Shown: positions 10,672-19,182, counted from the stretch's first letter. The stretch is 64,000 nucleotides of DNA from an uncultured Chloroflexia bacterium (GCA_963760735.1 CAVXEB010000007.1:62110-126109), one strand, 5' to 3'. Notes: a model not told the origin generated them from the letters alone. Program-made: numbers and translations.

Positions 10672-11929
10672 CTACTTGATGCCGTTGGCCTTGTTCATCG
10701 CGGCGCAGGCGTCGGTCGCCGCCTTCGTCGGGTCCTCGCCCTTCTGGATGACGAGGTCCAGCGCGTTGTCGAAGTTGCCCCAGAAGTTGTTGAGCTCCGG
10801 GACCTTCGGCCGGGGGAAGCCCGTCGCAACCGCCTCGGCGAACGTCTGGGTGATCGGGTCCTGATGGTGATCGTCGTGTCCGCCGGGAGATGACCGGCGT
10901 CCACGAAGACCTGCTCGTTCTCGGCCTTCACCATCTCGAGGGCGAAGTTGACCGCCAGCTGAGGGTCTGCGACGTTGGTGTTGATGTACAAGCCGTCGAC
11001 GCCGTCATCGGCTGCGAGGGGCCCTGGACCGGCGGGCATCGCGCGACACCGAGGTTGTCGCCGAGCGCTTCCTTGTAGCCGCCCGACGCCCACGGGCCGT
11101 CGATGATGAGGTCGATCTTGCCGGACTGGAAGTCGCTGGCCAGGTCGTCGTACTTGTCGTACCACGTCGCGCCGGCGGCCTGGAGGTCCTGGAGCCACTT
11201 GTAGGCGTCCGCGACGCCGGTGGTGTCGGCGATGCACTGCCGGTGCCGTCCATCAGCTGACCGCCGAAGGCGGCCCACCAGCCGAACGAGTGGTAGGCGC
11301 TGTCGCCGTCGAAGCCGGCCTTGATCGATGCCGTGCTTCACGCCGGCGAGCAGCGCATCGGTCGTCGCCGGCGGGGTCGCGAGCTTGCGACTTGTCGTAG
11401 AACATGGCGACGGCCTTGAGCGACTCGGGAACCATGTACATCTTGCCGTCGACCTTGCTGCCGTCGATCGAAACAGTCCGACATCGTTGGTCAGCTTGCC
11501 TTCAGCATCGACTGACGTCGAGGAACAGGCCCGCGCGGGCCTCCTTGCCGAGGCTGTCGTTCGGGGCGATGAACAGGTCGGGACCGCCGCCGCTGGCGGC
11601 CTCGATCTCGAACTTCGTGAAGAGGTCGTCGAACGGGACGTCCGGACGTCAAGGTCGAGGCCCGGGTTGGCGGCCTTGATCGCGTCCGTGACCTGCTTGA
11701 GCGCGGTCGCCTCGGTCCGGCGCCCGACCCGTAGGACTGCCAGATGGTCAGGGAGCCGGTCAGGCCCGCCGCGCCCGACGGGAGCAGCTGGCCGGCGCGT
11801 TCCAGCGGCGTCGGTGCAGCAGCTGAAGGGGCCGCCGCGAGGGAGCCGTCGTCGCCGTCCGCTCGAGCAAGCGCGCCGAGAAGGATCGCCGCCGGCGATG
11901 AGGCCGACCACCCGCATCTTCGTGTTCAT
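10672..11929 (-). pseudogene. Sugar ABC transporter substrate-binding protein (MalE-like family 1 SBP), ~10 frameshifts
   Basis: ATG 11929 preceded by GAGGAGGAgaccagaccg. Fragments: MNTKMRVVGLIAGG | ILLGALARADG...LTIWQSYGSGAG | TEATALKQVTDAIKAANPGLDLDV | VPFDDLFTKFEIEAASGGGPDLFIAPNDSLGKEARAGLFLDV | VDAEGKLTNDV | VSIDGSKVDGKMYMVPESLKAVAMFYDKS | LATPPATTDALLAGVKHGI | KAGFDGDSAYHSFGWWAAFGGQLMDGTG | CIADTTGVADAYKWLQDLQAAGATWYDKYDDLASDFQSGKIDLIIDGPWASGGYKEALGDNLGVA | PAGPGPLAADDGVDGLYINTNVADPQLAVNFALEMVKAENEQVFVDAGHLPADTTITI | DPITQTFAEAVATGFPRPKVPELNNFWGNFDNALDLVIQKGEDPTKAATDACAAMNKANGIK-stop. Confidence 0.75.
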
Positions 11930-11950
11930 CGGTCTGGTCTCCTCCTCGTG

Positions 11951-11971
11951 GTGATCGATCGGGTCGATCAC
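11951..11971. promoter_or_regulatory. Inverted repeat in the SBP leader
   Basis: GTGATCGA-tcggg-TCGATCAC (8-bp perfect arms), immediately upstream of the SBP RBS. Could be an operator or a 5'-UTR hairpin. Confidence 0.3.
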
Positions 11972-12112
11972 GCGTTGCCGGTCGGCTCGCGCCGTCCGTT
12001 CGCCGGCGCTGGGCCGAGCGGCCCGAACGTCGATCGCCACGGCAGGTCGATCTAGTCGTTGTCCCCGGCCACCTCCCGTTGGCGTCAGCGGCGACCGGTC
12101 GAGCCCGCACGA

Positions 12113-13121
12113 TCAGATGGGTCTCGAGCCGCCGGTGTCCGGGCGCCGGGTTCCCCGTCGATGGACGACGGACAACAGCAGCCGGACCGCCTCCTCGCCC
12201 TTGCCCCGGACGGGCTGGTGGACGGTCGTGAGGGGTGGATCGGTGGAGGCCGCCAGGTCGACGTCGTCGAACCCGACGACGCTGACGTCGTCGGGCACCC
12301 GGCCACGCCGGTCGTGGATCGCGCGGATCGCGCCGATCGCCATCGCGTCGCTCATCGCGAGCACCGCCGTCGGCTTGCGCCCGGCGTCCGCGACGGCCGA
12401 ATACGCCGGCGGCCGCCGTCGATGCTGGCAGGCCCGGTCGACGATCTCGTCCTCGGACACGTCGATCCCTGCCTCGGCGAGCGTCGTGCGGTAGCCCCGC
12501 AGCCGTCGCCCGACGACCCCGCCGCTGTCGTGCGGCGCGGACCGCGGTCCGTCGATCGCGAGGATCGCGATGTCGCGATGGCCGAGGTCGATCAGGTGCT
12601 GGGCAGCCAGTCTGGCGCCACCCTCGTCGTCGACGTCGACCGAGGCGACATGGCCGGTCGTGTTCGAGTCGACGAGGACCATCGGCAGACCTGCCCGGCG
12701 GATCTCGTCGATCTCCGGGTGGTCGTCGGTCAGGCCGATCGCGACCACGCCGTCGACCGTCGCCCGGTGGATCGCCCGCGACAGCGAGCCGTGGAGCGGC
12801 GAGATGAAGTGGAGCCCGTAACCGTGCTCCTCCGCGACGCCGGCGATCCCCGCGCTGAACGTCCCGAAGAACGGGTTGTTGAAGATGACCGACAGGTCCT
12901 GCGGAGTCAGCACGCCGATCGCGCCGGTCCGCCGCTGGGTCAGCATCCTGGCCACCGGGTCGGGCCGGTAACCCAGCTCGTTGGCGATGTCGAGGATGCG
13001 ATGGGCCGTGTCCGACGTTCAGCCGGTCGGGGCTGTTGAAGGCGAACGACACGGCCGTCTTCGAGACGCCGGCCCGCTCGGCCACGTCGGCGATCGTCAC
13101 CCGTCGCGCGACCTGCTCCAC
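12113..13121 (-). pseudogene. LacI-family transcriptional regulator with one frameshift (~13017)
   Basis: GTG 13121 preceded by AAGGAGGAgcggc. HTH VTIADVAERAGVSKTAVSFAFNSPDRLN lies in one frame. The rest, SDTAHRILDIANELGYRPDPVARMLTQRRTGAIGVLTP...(track ORF 12113..12955), lies in another. Deleting one base at ~13017 joins them. Confidence 0.8.
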
Positions 13122-13141
13122 GCCGCTCCTCCTTCGGCCGG

Positions 13142-13150
13142 AAACCGGTT
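13142..13150. promoter_or_regulatory. Candidate LacI operator (AAACCGGTT)
   Basis: Palindrome core AACCGGTT, 21 nt upstream of the lacI-like GTG. Position is consistent with autoregulation. Confidence 0.4.
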
Positions 13151-13220
13151 CACCGGGCCTCCCGATCCGGACGACCCGATCCCCTTCGGGCCGATCACGG
13201 ACGTGTATCATGGAGGCGGC

Positions 13221-13245
13221 AAAACCGGTTTAGCAAACCGGTTTA
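13221..13245. promoter_or_regulatory. Tandem candidate LacI operators upstream of GH57
   Basis: AAAACCGGTTT-agc-AAACCGGTTTa: two copies of the same palindrome, ~105-130 nt upstream of the GH57 GTG (13351). Confidence 0.4.
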
Positions 13246-13350
13246 CGGACCGTAACAGGACCCGACCGCCTTCGTCAACGGGTGCGTCGACGAGAACCGT
13301 GCCGCGGCGCCTTCGGGCGTGGCGCACCATGGGTCCGCGGAGGAGGACGG

Positions 13351-15513
13351 GTGACGCGCCGAATCGGGCTGGCCCTCACGCTCCACAACCATCAACCGGT
13401 GGGGAACTTCGGCTGGGTCATCGCCGAGACCTACGACCACGCCTACCTCCCGATGCTCGAGGCGCTCGAGCGGCATCCCGGCGTCCACCTCGCTCTCCAC
13501 TACACGGGTCCCCTCCTCGCGTGGCTGCGGGCCGAGCGACCCGAGTTCCTGGACCGCCTCGCCGCCCTCGTCGCCCGCGACCAGGTCGAGATCGTCGGCG
13601 GCGGCTGGTACGAGCCCGTCCTCGCCTCGCTCCCGGAGCGCGACCGGATCGCCCAGCTCCTGCGGATGGCCGACGAGCTCGAGGCCCAGTTCGGGGTCCG
13701 GCCCCGCGGAGCGTGGCTGGCCGAGCGGGTCTGGGAGCCGGACCTGCCGACGGCGCTCGTTGACGGCGGCTACCAGTGGACGATCCTCGACGACGCCCAT
13801 TTCCGGGCGGCGGCCATCCCCGAGGAAGCCCTGTGGGGCCCGTACACGACCGACGACCAGGGCAAGGTCCTGATCGTCTGGGGCACGGAGCAGGGCCTGC
13901 GTTACCGGATCCCCTTCAGCGCAGTCGGTTCGGTGATCGACCACCTCCGCGACCACGCGACCGACGCCGGCGACCGGGTCGGGACGATGGGCGACGACGG
14001 CGAGAAGTTCGGCGCCTGGCCGACGACATACGAGCACTGCTGGACGAACGGCTGGGTCGAGGACTTCTTCACGGCCCTCGAGGCGAACGCCGGCTGGCTG
14101 CGGACCGTCACGCCGTCGGCCTGGCTGGACGACCACGCGCCGATCGGCCGGGTCTACCTGCCGACCGGGTCGTACGCCGAGATGGGCGAGTGGGCGCTCC
14201 CGGCAGACGAGGCCCTCGCCTACGCTGCAGCCCTCCACGAGGCCCGGACCGAGCACCGATCCGAGGTCCGCTGGCTGCGGGGCGCCATCTGGCGCAACTT
14301 CCAGGTCCGCTACCGCGAGATCAACGACCTCCACAAGCAGATGCTCCGGACCTCGGCCCTCGTGGACGCAATGCCCGCGGGACCCGACCGCGAGGCGGCC
14401 GTGGATCGGCTCCTCGCCGGCCAATCGAACGATCCGTACTGGCACGGCCTGTTCGGCGGCATCTATCTCCCGGACCTGCGGCTGGCCAACCACGCCAACC
14501 TGATCGCGGCCGAGGACCTGGCCCTCGGCGACGGCTCCGGCGAGACGGGCATCGAGGTCGACCTGGACCTCGACGGCCGGCCCGAGATCCTGCTGGCGAA
14601 CGAGGGCGAAATCGTCGGGGTGAAGCCGGACGAGGGCGCGGGCATCGGCCGCTGGGACCTCCGGGCGGCCCGGTTCGCGCTGGCCGCTGTGCTCCGCCGC
14701 CGGCCGGAGGCGTATCACGAGAAGGTCCGCCGCCTCGAGGCCGTCGCGGTGGCGGCCGGTCGGGGCGAGGCGGACGATGGCGAGGCGATCGCGTCGATCC
14801 ACGACATCGTGATGACCAAGCAGAGCGGCCTCAGTGCCCACCTGCGCTACGACCCCGACGAGCGACGATCCGGCCTCCTCCGATTCCTCGCCCCCGACGT
14901 CTTCGCAGACGACGCGGCGATCGAGGTCCACGACCTGGGCGACTTCGCGGGCGAGGCGTGGGCGGTCACCGGGCTCACACCCGATGCCGTCACCGTGGCC
15001 CGCGACGGGCTCGTCCGGACGCTCGACGGCGAGCATCCGGTCCACGCCGAGAAGACGATCCGGATCGGCGGCGACCGCTGGGCGCCGACCGTCGCGGTCG
15101 ACGTCACGGTCACGAACCGCGGCTCAGGGCCGCTGACGACCAGGGTGGCGGTCGAGTGGTCCACCGTGCTCCTCGGCGGCGGCGGCAACCCGGCCGCCTG
15201 GCAGGAGGCCGGTGGCGAACGGGTCGCCCACGATGCCCGGCTGACCGTCGCCGGCATCGCCGCGATGGCCGCGGGCAACGACGATCTGGGGGTCGCGATC
15301 GCGACCCGGATCGCGCCCGAGTCGGATCTCTGGGCGGCACCGATCGAGACCGTCTCCAACTCCGAGGGCGGCTTCGAGCTCGTCTACCAGGGCAGCGCGG
15401 CGCTGATCGGACGGGTCGTCACGCTCCGCCCGGGCGAACGCGCGAAGATCTCGATCGAGCACCGGGCGACGATCACCCCGGGTCGCGGGTTCGGGGCATC
15501 GACCGTCGCGTGA
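13351..15513 (+). CDS. GH57 family alpha-amylase/4-alpha-glucanotransferase-like protein
   Basis: GTG 13351 preceded by GGAGGAGGAcgg, in frame in track ORF 13282..15513. GH57 signature regions: LTLHNHQPVGNF, VEIVGGGWYEPVL, GAWLAERVWEP, TMGDDGEKFGAWP. Confidence 0.88.
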   Translation: MTRRIGLALTLHNHQPVGNFGWVIAETYDHAYLPMLEALERHPGVHLALHYTGPLLAWLRAERPEFLDRLAALVARDQVEIVGGGWYEPVLASLPERDRIAQLLRMADELEAQFGVRPRGAWLAERVWEPDLPTALVDGGYQWTILDDAHFRAAAIPEEALWGPYTTDDQGKVLIVWGTEQGLRYRIPFSAVGSVIDHLRDHATDAGDRVGTMGDDGEKFGAWPTTYEHCWTNGWVEDFFTALEANAGWLRTVTPSAWLDDHAPIGRVYLPTGSYAEMGEWALPADEALAYAAALHEARTEHRSEVRWLRGAIWRNFQVRYREINDLHKQMLRTSALVDAMPAGPDREAAVDRLLAGQSNDPYWHGLFGGIYLPDLRLANHANLIAAEDLALGDGSGETGIEVDLDLDGRPEILLANEGEIVGVKPDEGAGIGRWDLRAARFALAAVLRRRPEAYHEKVRRLEAVAVAAGRGEADDGEAIASIHDIVMTKQSGLSAHLRYDPDERRSGLLRFLAPDVFADDAAIEVHDLGDFAGEAWAVTGLTPDAVTVARDGLVRTLDGEHPVHAEKTIRIGGDRWAPTVAVDVTVTNRGSGPLTTRVAVEWSTVLLGGGGNPAAWQEAGGERVAHDARLTVAGIAAMAAGNDDLGVAIATRIAPESDLWAAPIETVSNSEGGFELVYQGSAALIGRVVTLRPGERAKISIEHRATITPGRGFGASTVA

Positions 15514-16919
15514 GTCGAGGCCGGCTGGCGGTCCACGCCCACTTCTACCAGCCATCACGGCTCGACCCGTGGACCGGCCGCGTGCCCGCGGAGCCGTCGG
15601 CCGCGCCGTTCCACGACTGGAACCAGCGCGTCGACGCCGAGTGTTACCGGCCGAACGCCGAGCGCGGCAACCTCGCCCGGATCTCGTGGGATCTCGGGCC
15701 GACCCTCGCCGGCTGGCTGGCGGACGCGGATCCGGTGACGCACGCCCGGTTCGTCGGCGATGGCGCTGCCGCGATCGCCCAGCCCTTCCACCACGCGATC
15801 CTGCCACTCGCCTCGGCCGCGGATCGGCGGACCGAGATCGCGTGGGGCATTCGCGACTTCGAGCTTCGCCTCGGTCGTCGGCCGGCCGGACTCTGGCTGC
15901 CGGAGACGGCCGTCGACGTCGCAACCCTGCGCGAGGCGGTCGACCAGGGCATCGCGTTCACCATCCTCGCCCCGTGGCAGGCCGCGACGCCCGGGATCGA
16001 CACCCGCCGGCCCTACCGCGTCGACGTCGGTGACGAGCGGTGGATCGTCGCCGCGTTCTACGACGGTGGGCTCTCGGCGTCGGTCTCGTTCGAGCCCGAG
16101 GCGACCGCCGACGCGGATCGGTTCCACCGGGAGCGGGTGGCGCCGCACCTGCTGAGCGGCCCGGATCCGCTCGAGGCGCCCCTCGCCCTGATCGCGACAG
16201 ACGGCGAGCTGTACGGCCACCACCAGCAGTTCCGCGACCTGTTCCTCCAGCGGCTCGTGGCACCCTCCAGGCCGGATGCCACCGCGGGCGACCGCGGCTT
16301 CGACGTGGTCACCATCGACCAGGTCGTGGGCGAGCCGGAGGGCCAGCCGCATCCCACGGTCCGGATCGTCGAGCGGACGTCGTGGAGCTGCCATCACGGC
16401 GTCGCCCGCTGGAGCACGGAGTGTCCGGACGCGGCCGACGGTCGCTGGAAGGGACCGCTGAGGGCGGCGTTCGAGCGGCTGGCGGGCGCGATCGACACCG
16501 TGACGTCGACCGAGCTCAAGGCGCTTCCCGGCGACGTCGACCCGGACGTCGCCCGCGACGCGTACGTCGACGTCGTCGTCGGGTCGATGCCGGCCCCGGA
16601 CTTCGCGGCGGAGCGCTGGAGCGCCGCGAGCGACGAGGGGCGCCGGCGGGCGCTCGACCTGCTCGAGGCGCAGCGCTGGCGCCTGGCGATGTTCGCGAGC
16701 GACGGCTGGTACTGGGACGATCCGATCCGTCCGGAGACACGATCCGTGATGCGCTCGGCCGCCCGGGCGGCCAGGATCGTCGACGGGATCGCGGCGACCG
16801 ATCTCGAGCGCCGCCTCGTCCGGGACCTCGCCCTGCTGACGTCGCCGTCCCGCGGCCTCGACGGCGCCGCGATCTACCGGATGGCGCTTGCCGACGTGGG
16901 TCAGCCCGCCCCCACCTGA
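15510..16919 (+). CDS. GH57-like protein with DUF3536-type C-terminal region
   Basis: GTG 15510 overlaps the upstream TGA (GTGA). VSRGRLAVHAHFYQPSR, GLWLPETAV and IATDGELYGHHQQF repeat a GH57-like motif set. This is the tail of track ORF 13776..16919. Confidence 0.85.
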   Translation: MSRGRLAVHAHFYQPSRLDPWTGRVPAEPSAAPFHDWNQRVDAECYRPNAERGNLARISWDLGPTLAGWLADADPVTHARFVGDGAAAIAQPFHHAILPLASAADRRTEIAWGIRDFELRLGRRPAGLWLPETAVDVATLREAVDQGIAFTILAPWQAATPGIDTRRPYRVDVGDERWIVAAFYDGGLSASVSFEPEATADADRFHRERVAPHLLSGPDPLEAPLALIATDGELYGHHQQFRDLFLQRLVAPSRPDATAGDRGFDVVTIDQVVGEPEGQPHPTVRIVERTSWSCHHGVARWSTECPDAADGRWKGPLRAAFERLAGAIDTVTSTELKALPGDVDPDVARDAYVDVVVGSMPAPDFAAERWSAASDEGRRRALDLLEAQRWRLAMFASDGWYWDDPIRPETRSVMRSAARAARIVDGIAATDLERRLVRDLALLTSPSRGLDGAAIYRMALADVGQPAPT

Positions 16920-17722
16920 GCGCGCTGGGCGCTCACGGTCAGGCTGACGACCTGGGTCGGCGCCCCCTTGCCCTTGAGATCCAGCATCCGTCGTTCGAGA
17001 CCGGGGTCGAGTCCGGCGGCCGTCGCCGCGTCCGCGGCGACCAGCACCTCGCCGGCCCTTGCCGCCGCGGCCAGGCGAGCCGTCACGTTCACGATGTCGC
17101 CGACCGCCGTGAACTCGGTGTGGGCCTCGTCGCCGACGGCTCCGACCCACGCCCGGCCCGTGTTCACCCCGGCCCCCACCGGCAGCCACGGCCCGTCCGG
17201 ATCGGCGTGCCCCGTCGCCCGGAGGATCGCCTCCGCGGCGTCGACCGCCAGCGCGACGTGGTTGGCGCCCGACAGGAGCGGGAAGAACAGCGCCATCACC
17301 TCGTCGCCGACGAACTTGTCGATGCTGCCGTCGTGGGCGAAGACGACGGCGGACGCAGTCGCGTAGAACGAGTCGAGACGGTCGCGGAACTCGGTCGCGG
17401 ACATCGACTCGGCCATCGTCGTCGAGCCCCGGATGTCCGCGAACAGGAGCGTGCAGTCGATCTCGGCGCCGCCGTGGTGGCGGATGACGAAGTCGAAGCA
17501 GCTCGCGCACATCGTCGGGTTCTGGTCGGCCGGGCGCTTGCCGATCATCCGCATCAGCGGGGCGCCGACGCCGGCGAACGGCGCGGCGCACAGCTTGCAG
17601 CGTGGGCCGTCCGGAATCCGCCTCAGGACGCCGCGGACCCTGCGCTCCATGGAGTCGCCGCGGGTGAGGAAGTCGTACCAGAACGCCTCGTCCTGGCGCT
17701 CCGATCCCTGCCTCGATGGCAT
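16901..17722 (-). CDS. Class III adenylate/guanylate cyclase with N-terminal Cys4 zinc-ribbon-like motif
   Basis: ATG 17722 (MPSRQGSERQDEAFWYDFL). CKLC...CASC, then the cyclase core LLFADIRGSTTMAE, KFVGDEVMALF, VNVTARL. The 3' end overlaps the convergent DUF3536-type gene by 19 nt. Confidence 0.85.
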   Translation of the reverse strand: MPSRQGSERQDEAFWYDFLTRGDSMERRVRGVLRRIPDGPRCKLCAAPFAGVGAPLMRMIGKRPADQNPTMCASCFDFVIRHHGGAEIDCTLLFADIRGSTTMAESMSATEFRDRLDSFYATASAVVFAHDGSIDKFVGDEVMALFFPLLSGANHVALAVDAAEAILRATGHADPDGPWLPVGAGVNTGRAWVGAVGDEAHTEFTAVGDIVNVTARLAAAARAGEVLVAADAATAAGLDPGLERRMLDLKGKGAPTQVVSLTVSAQRAQVGAG

Positions 17723-17915
17723 CTCGTGCCTACCGTATGCCGGAGCGCAACCCGGGAGTCGACGGTGGCAGAGTGGAGAATTCGAAACGCAACCTCGATG
17801 CCCGCTCGGTTGAACGCCGCGGTCCGTGCCCGACGATTGAGCTGCGACCGCACCGGCCGCCGGCACCGCCCGATCCGGACGCGCCGATGGCGCGCCAGCC
17901 CTCGATGACAATCCC

Positions 17916-18852
17916 GTGATCTCGAACTTCAGCAACAGCCTCAAGACCTGGACCCTGCTCGCCGCCCTGGGCGGCCTCTTCGTCGCCGTCGGCGGCCTGA
18001 TCGGTGGCCAGAGCGGCCTCGTGCTCGCCCTCGTCGTAGCCCTCGGCCTGAACGTCTTCGTCTACTGGAAGAGCGACACCCTCGCCCTGAAGGCGAACGG
18101 CGCCCGCGAGCTGCGCGCCGACGAGCAGCCGCGCCTCCGCCAGATCGTCGCCGACCTGGCCAACCGGGCCGGCCTGCCCATGCCCCGCCTCTACATCGTC
18201 GAGCGACCCGAGCCGAACGCGTTCGCGACCGGCCGGGACCCGAACCACGCCGCCGTCGCCGTGACGACGGGGATCCTCGAGCTCATGGACGAGCGCGAGC
18301 TCCGCGGCGTCCTCGCCCACGAGCTCTCCCACGTGAAGAACCGTGACACCCTGATCGGCACGATCGCCGCAACGATCGGTGGCGCGATCAGCTTCCTCGC
18401 CCAGATGGCCCAGTTCCAGATGCTGTTCGGCGGCGGCCGCGACGATCGCAACGGGGGCGGCTTCGGCGCCCTGGTCGCGATCATCCTCGCCCCGATCGCC
18501 GCCCTGATCATCCAGCTCGCGGTCTCGCGGGGCCGGGAGTACGGCGCGGACCGCTCCGGTGCGCTGCTGACCGGCGATCCCGAAGGGCTCGCCTCGGCGC
18601 TCCAGGAGCTCGAATGCCGCCAATCGCCAGCGGCCGGGGCTCATGGACCGGCTCGGCCGGCGGCCCGCCGATCCGCGACGGTCACCGGCGCCCGCACCCG
18701 CGGCGAACCCGGCGTTCGCCCACCTCTACATCGTCAATCCGCTGTCCGGCCGTCAGGTCGGTGGCCTCTTCTCGACCCATCCCCCGATCGCCGATCGGAT
18801 CGCCCGCCTCCGCGCCATGCGGTCGGGCGCGGTCGAGACCCGCTCCTTCTAG
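17916..18852 (+). pseudogene. htpX: M48 protease HtpX homolog with one frameshift (~18615)
   Basis: TM N-terminus and HELSHV zinc motif in track ORF 17916..18974. The conserved C-terminus [39 protein letters not shown] is in the frame of track ORF 18643..18852. Removing one base after ...LQELE joins them. Confidence 0.8.
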
Positions 18853-18905
18853 CCTCGTCACCGGGTGATCGCCCCGATCGCCCGGCGGTTCGGTCCAGGG
18901 AATCC

Positions 18906-18942
18906 AACAGCCCGCGGCCTGCGCGCCGCGGGCTGTTTGGTT
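18906..18942 (+). terminator. Rho-independent-type terminator after htpX
   Basis: aacagcccgcgg-cctgcgcg-ccgcgggctgtt (12-bp perfect stem) followed by tggtt, so the 3' arm and tail together read TTTGGTT. Lies 54 nt after the htpX stop. Confidence 0.6.
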
Positions 18943-18992
18943 CACCGCCGCGGGAGGCGCGACGATGGGGGTAGATTTTGCGGAGGAGCGAC

Positions 18993-19118
18993 TCAGACGA
19001 GGGCGACGGTGTTCGTCTGGTCGTTCGGGTCGACGTTCGTGATCCGGGTGTCGACGCCCCAGTGCTGCGCGGCAAGGCCGAGGAGCGCGAGGATGGCGAC
19101 AAGAAGGAGAAGTTCCAT
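18993..19118 (-). CDS. Candidate 41-aa hydrophobic small protein
   Basis: Own translation: MELLLLVAILALLGLAAQHWGVDTRITNVDPNDQTNTVALV. ATG 19118 preceded by cAGGTGAtcgcg. One predicted TM helix. Below the ORF-track size cutoff. Confidence 0.35.
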   Translation of the reverse strand: MELLLLVAILALLGLAAQHWGVDTRITNVDPNDQTNTVALV

Positions 19119-19182
19119 CGCGATCACCTGGGCTTCTTTGGTACAGTGGACTAGGCCAAAAACATACTTGGACTAACGGACT

